A stretch of 64,000 nucleotides of DNA from Octopus sinensis (GCF_006345805.1 NC_043009.1:36270001-36334000), one strand, 5' to 3'. Shown: positions 15,868 to 26,917, numbered from the stretch's first letter. Made by a program: numbers and translations. The notes: generated by a model from the sequence alone, not told the origin.

Positions 15868-18681
15868 TTTAAATTATAAAATTCTGGAAAGTTTTACCGA
15901 TTTTTACAGTTCCAGTCATGGACTGGATCTGTAGTTTCCGAATTAGATCTCCTATTTCCGGTTTTAAAAAGCCTAATTTTTCAAGATTGTTATTTAGGCA
16001 GTGTGTTACATATCGCAGGGCCCCAATAATTACAGGTATAAACATGAACTAGTAATCTGGATAGAATAACTGCAAATTTCTCAATAGTTCAGCGTACGTG
16101 TTCTCTTTTTCACTGATCTTCAGCTTTATGTTAACATCTGCTGGGCAACTAATTTCCACAACTGTGCACAGTTTCTCTTCTCTGTCCCAAATCATTATAT
16201 CAGGTCTGTTGTGCTTACATTTTACTGTGATTTTCACTGACACGTTCCCCCAGTAGTCCTTTTTATTATGGGTGGTTATGACATCTACCATATCGTGGGT
16301 TCTTATTTCTTTGTCCTCGGGGTTATCCTTCCGATGGATTTCATTATAGAGTCTCCTAACAACATCATGTCTCATCGGTGGATATACCGTGATGACATTT
16401 TCGGACAACTTGTTACGACGTGGGTGATATCTTCAGTGTGAACTCCATAAAGTCTGCATCGGTTGTCACATTTTACTGCTTTTCCTGCAGTACATCAGGT
16501 ACTTTTCCCTTTTGTACATCAGGTAACATCTGTTGGGCAACTAATTCCCACAACTGTGCACAGTTTCTCTTCTCTATCCCAAATCATTATATCAGCTCTA
16601 TTGTGCATACATTTTACTGAGGTCTTCACTGGGACATTCCACGGGTATTACTTTTTATTATGAGTGGCTATTGCTTCTACCACATTGTGAGTTCTTATTT
16701 CTTTGTCCTCGGGGTTATCCTTCCGATTGATTTCATTATAGAGTCTCCTAACAACATCCTGTCTCATCAATAGATTAAACCGTGATGACATTTTCGGACA
16801 ACTTGTTACGACGTGGGTGATATCTTCAGTGTGAACTCCATAAAGTCTGCATCGGTTGTCACATTTTACTGCTTTTCCTGCAGTACATCAGGTACTTTTC
16901 CCTTTTGTACATCAGGTAACATCTGTTGGGCAACTAATTCCCACAACTGTGCACAGTTTCTCTTCTCTATCCCAAATCATTATATCAGCTCTATTGTGCA
17001 TACATTTTACTGAGGTCTTCACTGGGACATTCCACGGGTATTACTTTTTATTATGAGTGGCTATTGCTTCTACCACATTGTGAGTTCTTATTTCTTTGTC
17101 CTCGGGATTATCCTTCCGACAGATTTCATTACAGAGTATCCTAGCAACAACGTCATGTCTCATCGGTGGATATACCGTGATGACATTTTCGGACAGCTGC
17201 TTACGATGTGGGTGATATCTTCAGTGTGAACTTCACAAAGTTTGCATCGGTTGTCACATTTTACTGCTTTCCTGCATCTCTGTCCTTTTTGTGCATCAGG
17301 TACTTGGTTGATATTTCCTGTTCCTGGATTGCAAACTCATACCCTTCAAAGTGGGAGGTAGCAATCCAGCTATTGGTCCATGATAAACTGCTTTGATGAT
17401 CGATTTTACTATCATCACTGAACTTTCTACTAACATATCCATGCATAGTCTTCTGCTCATACAGGCTCGTCCTTTCATCTGATGATACGTCGTCGCTGAG
17501 TCGTGCGACTTCTTTAGGCATGTATTCTAGGTTTTCAGATAAAGAGTGTTGCTCAAGGAGCTGCCTTCTAAGTTTTATGATGTTATCAGCCTCATGTAAT
17601 GCTAACTTGGTCAAGGGATGCCCTTCGACACACGTGGTGGTTAAAAGATGTTGCCGAAGGAATATGATGCAACATTCAAAGGCATTTTGGATCGACGTTA
17701 AACCTCTGCCGCCTTGTTTACGTTTTAGGCAGTGGCGATTTACGTCACTGTTTATGTGGAAATTATGTGTGCATGTTATTTTTCGGGTTTTCCTCATCAA
17801 TAGCTCGGATCTCATCAAGTGTCCGATCAAGGAGCCCAAATGTTGGTATGAGTGCTGGCACTGCAAATACATTGTGGGCCATTGTTTTATTGAATGCAGA
17901 GAGTTCTGAGGTTCAAATTTTCATTATTCGACTGTAATATTCTTTAGTGGCACGTATTTTGTTACGGGTGACATTGTAAGATATATTTTCATTCACCCCT
18001 AGATATTTGTAACATTCCTTGTCAGATACAGAGGAAACAGTCAAATCATTGATGGAAATGTTACAAGACTGGTTTATAGTTCTCCTCCTTTTCCCAACCA
18101 TACAACAACATTTATCTTAACCAAATTCCAACCCTACATCCTTTGAGAATGTTGTAACTAGGTCAAGGCTCTTTTTCATCTCATGCATATTCTTTACATA
18201 AAGTTTCAAGTCATCCACAAAGAGAGCAGTGTGTAATTTTGGTATCTCTGTTTCCTTGTGAACCAGTGAGATATCCTTCAGACTTCCTTAACATGAGATG
18301 ACAAGAGGTTTAAGGAAAATATAAACAACGTCACAGAGAGGCTGTCCCCTTGGAATATGCCTTTGCGATACTGTATTCTATCGGCGATAAAACAGTCTCT
18401 CTTTTTGTTTAATTTCAAGATGGTGGGCCACGATGAAGTCAGGTCAGCTATGGCTTTAACTATTCTCGCTGGAACTTTAGCAAGTTGAAGGGCTTCTAGC
18501 ATCCATGAGTGAGGAACAGGGTCAAAGGCTTTCTTGTAGTTTAGCCACATTGAAACTAGGTTCCTCCTATGTTCTCGCACCTCTGATATCACAGTTTTGT
18601 TGATTAACAATTGCACGGCACATCTCCAGACTCCCTTCTTCCCAACGGCTTGTTCTGCCGTGATATTGTTATTGGTTTCAC
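15868..18681 (-). mobile_element. 5'-truncated R4/Dong-clade non-LTR retrotransposon (RT, CCHC knuckle, restriction-like endonuclease), degenerate
   Basis: NYKKAFDPVPHSW, GIFQGDSLS, FVDDLKLY, YKYLG, GGRGL, AIQEQEI, CRLC..EDITHVVTSC, RHD, HNRPDI..VVEISCP motifs, with frameshifts. Confidence 0.9.
16134..17310. repeat. About three tandem ~393-bp copies of the knuckle/endonuclease region inside the R4 element
   Basis: Identical ORFs at 16420 and 16813 (offset 393) and a related one at 17208. Confidence 0.9.
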
Positions 18682-19084
18682 TATGTATGTATGTATGTAT
18701 GTATGTATGTATGTATGTATGTATGTATGTATGTATGTATGTATGTATGTATGTATTTATGTATTTATGTACGTATGTATGTGTGTATGTGTTCATATAA
18801 TAATTCTTTTATTCATTCTGTAATTTAACTGCAGCAATGCTGGAGTACCGCTTTGAAGGGATTTAAGCCGAACAAATCTACCCCAGGACTTATTTCTTAA
18901 GCCTAGTACGTATGGTACACGAGCGCGTACGCACACGCGCGCACATAACAGCTCCAACAACACCAACGACGATGGCTATAACCACCACCGATGATGTCCC
19001 CTACGCCAATATTAACGACATCGGCGTCAGCACCAACAGCAACGCCAGCTTTAACAACGCCAACACCGATGGAACTCCATATGT

Positions 19085-19470
19085 AATATCATGACAGATC
19101 CTAGAAAATCCAGGCCCCTACATAAATGGAACTAAGCGTTGTAAATTGTGCATAGTCGAACAGACGAGGATATTAAAGAATTCCCTCGACCTAGGGAACA
19201 TCCTTAACTCCAGGATGGAGGTCTTCGGACCCTGCTTTGCACTCTAGGAAATTCCTGCTAACGTCCTGGGACTCACACGCCAACATGGCTAATGAATAAC
19301 GGTCAAAGAGAGACAATCCCTTGTTGTTGACTAACGAAGTTTTTTTCCTCCACCATTTTCTAGAGAGGCCACTTGGACATAGGCCAACGGGTTTTAGGGT
19401 CTGAAGAAGCACTGTAGAGCTAAGCGCTCTATAGACGTGAAACCCGAGGTAACACCATATACCGGCCATA
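19085..19470 (+). mobile_element. Penelope-like 3' fragment: GIY-YIG C-terminus followed by an HHR-like motif
   Basis: Translates QILENPGPYINGTKRCKLCIVEQ...ILNSRMEVFGPC; CTGAAGA...GAAA-CCCGAGG-TA at 19401-19451. Confidence 0.7.
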
Positions 19471-19489
19471 TCTATGTTTATATACGAGG

Positions 19490-19923
19490 TTCCCAGATGG
19501 TACGATCAACGGGACAGCTTACTCGTGAAATTAACGTGCAAAATGTTTAGCGGTGTTTCGTCCGACTTCACATTCTTACTTCAAATTTCACCGAGGTCGA
19601 CATTGCCTCTCATCCTTTCGGGGTCGATGAATTAAATACCAGCGAAACACTGGGATCGATGAATTAAGCTCCAGCTTATTGTGTCTGGGCTGAGCAATCC
19701 ACAGATACATGTACCCTTAACGTAGTTATCAAGGAGATTCAACGTGACACAGAGTGCGACAAGACTGGCCCTACAAGTACTACTCATTTTTGCCAGGTGA
19801 GTGGACTGGAGCAACGTGAAATAAAGCGTCTTGCTCAAGGACACAACACGTCGCCGGCAATTGAACTTAAGACCTTACAATCATGAGCCGAATGCCCTGG
19901 CCACTAAGCCACACGCCTTCACA

Positions 19924-19925
<2 letters not shown>
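19490..19925 (-). mobile_element. tRNA-derived SINE, possibly composite
   Basis: A/B-box head at ~19925-19850 on minus; body is complementary to the 20590-20966 SINE. Confidence 0.7.
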
Positions 19926-19954
<29 letters not shown>

Positions 19955-20056
19955 TGTGTGTGTGTGTGTGTGTGTGTGTGGTGTCCAGCCATCCGCTATG
20001 ATCGACTGGTAGCCACTAGCTTTTTTTAATCTGCCTCTCTTTATTTTTTCTTGTTC

Positions 20057-20093
20057 CTTTCTGATGAAAAGCATAGGCTCGAAACGTAAAAGA
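20057..20093 (+). ncRNA. Minimal hammerhead-like motif, degenerate
   Basis: CTTT-CTGATGA-AA-AGC atag GCT-C-GAAA-CG-TA-AAAG: 4-bp stem I, intact core, palindromic ACGT in place of stem III, mismatch at the base of stem II. Confidence 0.5.
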
Positions 20094-20189
20094 CTTTCTC
20101 ACCTTCCGAGCGTTAAGCTAACACGCCTGTTTGTTGTTTATACACCTGTCTTCGTCTTTTTTTTTTTTTTGTAAATTCCAACTATATAT

Positions 20190-21550
20190 ATCCCACCTGA
20201 AAATACAACTGCTGGAGATTGAAAAAAACCTGCAACTCTCCCATGACAAAGAAAGAGCAGACAAAGAATCTTGGGCTATAGACAATATAAAATCTAACCC
20301 CAGAGCCTTCTACAAGTTTGCCAAAGAAACAGCCTCAGTGCACAGCAGGGTGGGGCCACTTCTTGAAAAAGATGGTTCACTCACAGGAAACCCAATGAGG
20401 ATAAATAAAATACTAAATTCGCAATTCAAAAGTGTTTTCACTCCACCCCTAGGACAATTGCAAGTCAGCAATCCAGCTCACTATTTTACTACTGCAGATA
20501 TAAAAACAGTGGCAATGATGATTGATTATATCAGTATAAAAGAAGACGATGTAATAAGATGAGGCTATAAGGCTATAGATGAAATGAGTGGAGGCGCAAT
20601 GGCCCAGTGGTTAGGGCAGCGGACTCGCGGTCATAGGATCGCGGTTTCGATTCCCAGACCGGGCGTTGTGAGTGTTTATTGAGCGAAAACACCTAAAGCT
20701 CCACGAGGCTCCGGCAGGGGATGGTGGTGATCCCTGCTGTAATCTTTCACCACAACTTTCTCTTACTTCCTGTTTCTGTTGTACCTGTATTTCAAAGGGC
20801 CGGCCTTGTCACTCTCTGTGTCACGCTGAATATCCCCGAAAACTACGTTAAGGGTACACGTGTCTGTGGAGTGCTCAGCCACTTACACGTTAATTTCACG
20901 AGCTGGCTGTTCCGTTGATTCGGATCAACCGGAACCCTCGTCGTCGTAACCAACGGAGTGCTTCCATAAGATGAAATGAACCCGAACTCAGCTACTGGCC
21001 CTTCTAAAAGCATGTGAACGAGTCCTACCTAGCAAGACCACTGCATTCCTTCTTTCAGAGCTTCTTTGTAACTGGCAAACTTCCAAGCAAGCTGAAGGAG
21101 GGTAAAATATGCCCTATTCATAAAGGAGGTAACAGAGCAGAGGCCAAAACTACAGACCTATCTCTCTGACCTCGTGCATCAGCAAAGTCATGGAACGAAT
21201 ACTCAGAAGAAAACTAATCGCCTTCCTTGAGGAAAATGACTTGCTGACTGACACAACATGGTTTCCAACCAGGAAGAAGCTGCCTGACTCATCTCTTACA
21301 ACACTATGACTGGGTGTTGAAATAGCTGCTCAACCGCTCAAATGTGGAAGTGATATATCTCGACATTGCAAAGGCCTTCGATAAAGACGATCATGGAATA
21401 AAATGTTACAAACTGCGTGATCTCGGTATAGTCGGGAAATTGGGAGAATGGCTGCATGACTTTCTAAAGGATAGAAGTCAGGTGGTGGTAGCCAATGGGA
21501 CCACTTCCAATGACATGCAAATAGTGAGCGGTGTTCCGCAAGGTACTTTC
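20190..21550 (+). mobile_element. CR1/L2-group LINE ORF2 fragment, interrupted by a SINE
   Basis: IKSNPRAFYKF, LNSQFKSVFT, YRPISLTS, YLDIAKAFDK, SGVPQGT motifs. Confidence 0.85.
20590..20966 (+). mobile_element. Full-length tRNA-derived SINE with a target-site duplication
   Basis: GGAGGCGCAATGGCCCAGTGGTTAGG (A box), GGTTTCGATTCCC (B box); AGATGAAATGA repeated on both sides; related copies at ~24500-24760 (-) and 38120-38160. Confidence 0.85.
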
Positions 21551-21682
21551 TCAGCCTTATGGCTAAGATCAATATCAAGGAACTGTTTTGGGACACTTAC
21601 CCAAGATGTCACGCAGTGGGACTGAACCCGACACCATATGGTTGGAAAGCGAGTTTCTTACCACACACCCACGCCTTGCGCC

Positions 21683-22211
21683 TATGTATGTATGTATGTA
21701 TGTATGTATGTATGTATGTATGTATGTATGTATGTATGTATGTATGTATGTATGTATGTATGTATGTATGTATGTATGTATGTATGTATGATGTATGTAT
21801 GTATGTATGTATGTATGATGTATGTATGTATGTATGTATGTATGTATGTATGTATGTATGTATGTATGTATGTATGTATGTATGTATGTATGTATGTATG
21901 TATGTATGTATGTATGTATGTATGTATGTATGTATGTATGTATACACACATATACGTGGGACAAATAGATGTTGAGAACCTACTTATACAGCGTCAATAA
22001 AAGCACACCCATCGCAATGGCAAATTCATTATAAATATTAACCTTACTCATTAATTTAATCACAAATCTAAATCGAAAACTTTTGTTTGAAATTTGGTGG
22101 CATTGAGTGTGGCAGCACATCCAATACAACAACCACCATACGTCACTGGTATGTATGTATGTATGTATGTATGTATGTATGTATGTATGTATGTATGTAT
22201 GTATGTATGTA

Positions 22212-22244
<33 letters not shown>

Positions 22245-22301
22245 ATGCATGTATGTATGTATGCATGTATGTATGTATGTATGTATGTATGTATGTATGT
22301 A

Positions 22302-22334
<33 letters not shown>

Positions 22335-22422
22335 ATGTATGTATGTATTTATGTATGTATACACACATATACGTGGGACAAATAGATGTTGAGAATCTAC
22401 TTATACAGCGTCAATAAAAGTA
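21683..22422. repeat. Two (TATG)n arrays, each followed by the same ~60-bp sequence (local duplication)
   Basis: TATACACACATATACGTGGGACAAATAGATGTTGAGAA..CAGCGTCAATAAAAG at ~21941 and ~22358. Confidence 0.9.
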
Positions 22423-22512
22423 TGTGAATGTAAGTTTCTCTACGATGTGCGCGCGCGTATGTGTATGTGCGCGCGTGTGTATGTGTATCTGTAAGCATGT
22501 GTGTGTGCCGTG

Positions 22513-22546
<34 letters not shown>

Positions 22547-22699
22547 CCAATTAAGGACTGAACACGAAAAGTGGACAGTCAACATGCTAGATATAGACGT
22601 CAAATCGCCATTCTCCACAAAAAGTCTATGTTCTCAGATCAAACTCAACACCAAACCAAAACAATAAACAAGTGAAAAATATACGAAATAAATATTTAC

Positions 22700-22765
22700 C
22701 CATGTACTAAATTCAGTTTCGGCTGTTATTTTCCGCAAGGAAAAGTGCAACCATCATCAGCATGG
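22700..22765 (-). ncRNA. Type I hammerhead ribozyme, left arm of the palindrome
   Basis: Mirror copy; its single difference turns a stem II C-G pair into a U-G wobble (GGTTG/CAGCC). Confidence 0.78.
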
Positions 22766-22811
22766 TCCCATATAAAATTTTATATGTAATTTTATTACAT
22801 TTTATATGGGA

Positions 22812-22877
22812 CCATGCTGATGATGGCTGCACTTTTCCTTGCGGAAAATAACAGCCGAAACTGAATTTAGTACATGG
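22812..22877 (+). ncRNA. Type I hammerhead ribozyme, right arm of the palindrome
   Basis: CCATG-CTGATGA-T-GGCTG(cac TTTTCC ttgc GGAAAA taa)CAGCC-GAAA-CTG aatt TAG-TA-CATGG. All three stems pair, the core is intact with one extra U, and the GUA cleavage triplet ends at 22872. Confidence 0.8.
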
Positions 22878-25800
22878 GTAAATATTTATTTCGTATATTT
22901 TTCACTTGTTTATTGTTTTGGTTTGGTGTTGAGTTTGATCTGAGAACATAGACTTTTTGTGGAGAATGGCGATTTGACGTCTATATCTAGCATGTTGACT
23001 GTCCACTTTTCGTGTTCAGTCCTTAATTGGTATATATAAATATTTTAATCTTCGGATTCTTTCTTTAATATGCTAGACCACTGGTTCTAATTGATAAATA
23101 TCAATTTTTACCCTTAATTTAATTTTATATATATATATATATATATACATACATATATATATATATATGTATACATGCAGTTACCTACATGCAAGCACAC
23201 ATGTCTGTGTGGTAAGAACTTTACTTCCCAACCACATGGTTTCGGGTTCGGTTCCATTGCGAGACATCCCGACCAAGTATTTTCTACTTTTGTCCCAGGC
23301 TGACCAAAGCCTTGTGAATGGTTTGATAGACGAAAACTAAATGAAACCTATCGAATAGAGAGAGAGAGAAAGAGAAAGAGAGAGAGAGATGGGAGGGACG
23401 AACGAATGGATATACATGTAGGTGTCGCTTTACTGCCTTGTTTTTTTACAAGAGACATATTTTCCACAGTCACCGCCTTGGCTATCATCAGACGGTGTTG
23501 TTATATGTATAACCTTGACAGACTATGGTAATTTAATACTAATGTTAGTATAGCCTGTTATTTAGATTGTATATTATTTCATTTTTGTTTATTTAATTAA
23601 CACTCGCTTCTCGCCACCTTTTTCTTGTTGCCCAAGTAGGCCTTGAATCAACATATTCCTCCCTGACCATCTTCACCGCTTTAGGCATAGTATTTCTTGG
23701 TAAACACTATCCAGTGTGTCCTTTTTTAAGATGATTGTGTGTAATTTGAGGAAGATTTGGCTGCTGTTTCCTACACATCAAGTGACCAGCCTTTGCTCGT
23801 GTGTGTAAAATGTTTCTGTTAAGTTTATGTTTATAGTTCCCTTTACATTTACTTTAATTCATAAATAGTAAGGTAATATTAAGGGAAGAATATTGCATTT
23901 GTATCCACTATACTACTACTAATGCGTGGCACCTTGGACAAGTGTCTTCCAGTCTCAGCTAGCTTAATATCTTGTGAGTAAAATTTGGTAGAAAAACACC
24001 GTACAGTTCATATGTATATAAATGCGTGTGTGCATGTCTGCATTGACACACTTGAGCAGTCAAGTGGTGAGCTGACACAATCGTTAGCACGGAGGGTAAA
24101 ATGCTTAGCGGCATTTAGTCCGTCTTTACGTTCTGAGTTCAAATTCCACCAAGGTCGACTTTGCCTTTCATTTTTTTAAGTTCGATAAAATAAGTACCAG
24201 TTGAACAGTGGGGTCGATGTAATCGACTTACCCCCCCCCCCTTGAAATTGCTGGCCTTGTGCCAATATTTTAAACCAATATTTGTTTATACCCCTACATA
24301 AAACAAGCCTGTGCTTCAGCTCATTGATTCAGTATGCAAATTCCATTGGAATAAAATACCTTGGATGAGGGGTTATCAGGAAGGACATCTAGCCCCCAAA
24401 GAATACTTCCCGTCGTAGTCTCTTCCAGCCCATGGCTGCATGAAAAAGATGACCAAATACACAACAATGCTGATAATTATATCTTTTTTTTTATGGGCCC
24501 GGTTTCTGTGACATATGTGTTCCTCCCAGCTGGACAGGACACCAGTCCATCGCATCCTTACTCAAGAAACAGGAAGAAAGAGTGAGAGAAAGTTGAGGCG
24601 AAAGAGCACAACAGGAGTCACCACCACCCCCTACCAGAGTATCGTGGAGCTTTAGGTGTCTTCACTCAATAAGCACGCACAACGCCTGGTCTGGGAATCA
24701 AAACCATGATTCTTCGACCGCGAGTTCGCTTGCCCTAACCACTGGGCCATTGTGCCTCCGATAATTATATATATACTGATTTTAAATTTTGGCACAAGGC
24801 CAACAATTTTGGGGGAGGGGATAATTTGACTGCATCAACACCAGTGCTCAACTGGTCCTTAAAAGATTGATCCCTAAAAGATTGAAAGGCAAAGTCAACC
24901 TCAGTGGAATTTGAACTCAGAATGTAAAGACGGACACAATGGTGCTAAGCATTTTGCCTGGCATGCTAACAATTCTGCCAGCTCACCTTATATATATATA
25001 TAAAGAAACACCGTTTCGACCCTGTGCTTGAGGAGACCTATTGAGTCAAGTACATCAACATCAAAAATCAATGGAAATTGTAGTTGTGATCCCTGTGCCG
25101 GTGGCACGTAAAAAGCACCATCCGAATGTGGCCGATGCCAGCACCACCTTGACTGGCTTCCATGCCAGTGGCACGTAAAAAGCACCAACCAATTGTGGCC
25201 GTTGCCAGCCTCGCCTGGCACGTAAAAAGCACCCACTACACTCACGGAGTGGTTGGCGTTAGGAAGGGCATCCAGCTGTAGAAACACTGCCAGATCAGAC
25301 TGGAGCCTGGTGCAGCTTTCTGGCTTCCCAGACCCCGGTCGAACCATCCAACCCATGCTAGCATGGAAAACGGACGTTAAATGATGATGATATATATACT
25401 CAGAGTAGTAAGAGCTTGGTTCAACTAAAATAAAATATTTATGCACAAGCATGGTTGTGCAATAGAAAGTTTGCTTCCCAACCACATGGTTCCAGGTTCA
25501 GTTCCACTGTGTGTTACCTTGGGTAAGTGTCTTCCATTCTAGCCCTGGGTCGATCAAAGCCTTTTGAGTGGACTTGGTGGATGGAAACTGAAACAATCCC
25601 ATCATGTATATCTATTAGTATATATTTGTGCATGTTTGTTCCCCACCACTGCCTTAATCTGGTGTTGCTTTGTTTACATCCCCGTAGCTGCAGTTTGGCA
25701 AAATCGACTGTAGAATAAGCATCAAGCTTACAAATTCATAATTTCTGGGATCAGTTTGTTCTGTTAAACCCTTCAAGATGGTGCCCCAGCATAGCCACAA

Positions 25801-25991
25801 TCTAATGACTGAAACAAATAAAAGAACATCTGTATTACACAATGTCTATTATTTACATGGTATTGATCAGCATGAGACCACAGTAAAAAATATTACTTAA
25901 GGTGCTATAACATGAGATCAAATCTAGACCAAACATCTTAACAACAAAGCAAAGTTAGTCTTGTTTTTTCTTTTTTTTTTTTCTCCAGCTT

Positions 25992-26147
25992 ATGAAGAAT
26001 TTCATGGCAGGATTGCGACTTGCATTTAATTTTGGTTTCTGGAACCCTTTACAATCAGAATGGACCTTTGCTGCTCAGTGTATCCAACCTGAAGAAAAAG
26101 AGCGTATTTCTCAGTTCATGTTCCAAAAAGATGCCAAAGCTGCAATG
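25992..26147 (+). CDS. AASDHPPT: AASDHPPT (4'-phosphopantetheinyl transferase) coding exon 1
   Basis: LAFNFGFWNP..EW..IQPEEKERISQFMFQKDAKAAM; preceded by a polypyrimidine tract and CAG (25986-25988); donor GTAAGT; phase 0. Confidence 0.93.
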
Positions 26148-26570
26148 GTAAGTCTTGGTAGGAATTTATTTCTAGGCATGAAGTTTCCACACCTGGAGTA
26201 GGGTAGGGGTATGAATTATGATGGAGGAGTGTTGGCCGATTAGAGGTGAGTTGTGTTGTGGGGAGAGGATGAAGAGTGTTGGTGTGAGAGTACTATTATT
26301 ATTATTGTTGATAAAGCAGCAAGCTGACAGAATTGTTCACCCGTCACTATGTTCTGAGTTCAAATTCCACTGAGGTCAACTTTGCCTTTCACCCTTCCGG
26401 GGTCGATAAAATAAGTGCCAGTTGAACACTGGGGTTGATGTAATCGACTCATCCCCACCTTCCCCAAGCTGCCCTTGTGGCAAAAATTTGAAATAATTAT
26501 TATTGTAGAAATATTACATTTCTAAATCTCTGAGAGAGATTTATACTGTAGCGGCACGATAAAGTGATGG

Positions 26571-26917
26571 TATGTTGTCAACTTAATGTGACAGTCCCAT
26601 GAAAGGGAAGAATGCTGCTGCTATATAGTTCTAGGAAACACCGTTTCCTGTTGGCCATGATACATTTTCTGTATCCTTGTTTTCAGAGGGGGAGATAAGC
26701 ACCTCCACCCAGCATCCAGAGACTAGTTTCAGAGTCATTGCTCATCATCAGTCTGGAGGAGCATGGCTTGCTAGCTGTCTGGATGCTGGCTTTGCTGGGT
26801 AGAGGTGCTTATCTCCCCCTTTAAAAATATAAGGATGCAGGAAACAGTGTTTCCTAGGGCTAAATAGCAGTAGCATTCTTCCCTTTCATGGGACTGTCAC
26901 ATTAAGTTGACAGCATA
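26571..26917. mobile_element. Imperfect inverted-repeat element with a central hammerhead
   Basis: TATGTTGTCAACTTAATGTGACAGTCCCATGAAAGGGAAGAATGCT is mirrored by AGCATTCTTCCCTTTCATGGGACTGTCACATTAAGTTGACAGCATA; arms are ~150 bp. Confidence 0.85.
26715..26757 (-). ncRNA. Minimal type I hammerhead ribozyme (Penelope type)
   Basis: Minus strand: TCCAGA-CTGATGA-T-GAG caatga CTC-T-GAAA-CTAG-TC-TCTGGA; 6-bp stem I, intact core, palindromic ACTAGT stem III, GUC triplet. Confidence 0.7.

Larger units (their letters stand above)
22539..23038. repeat. Near-perfect palindrome with 239-bp arms and a 22-bp spacer, probably an inverted Penelope pLTR pair
   Basis: 22539-22777 is the reverse complement of 22800-23038; the only mismatch found is A22750 vs C22827. 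Confidence 0.95.

Noticed and set aside
20590-20665. tRNA gene
   Set aside because: The tRNA-like head continues into a repeated body with a TSD, so it is a SINE.
22873-22883. CATGG|GTAAAT as the AASDHPPT exon 1 donor
   Set aside because: Its ATG would be out of frame with exon 25989, and the sequence is better explained as hammerhead stem I.
23446-23496. Minus-strand CTGATGA...GAAA-ATATG-TC hammerhead-like string
   Set aside because: Stem I does not pair and stems II and III are poor.
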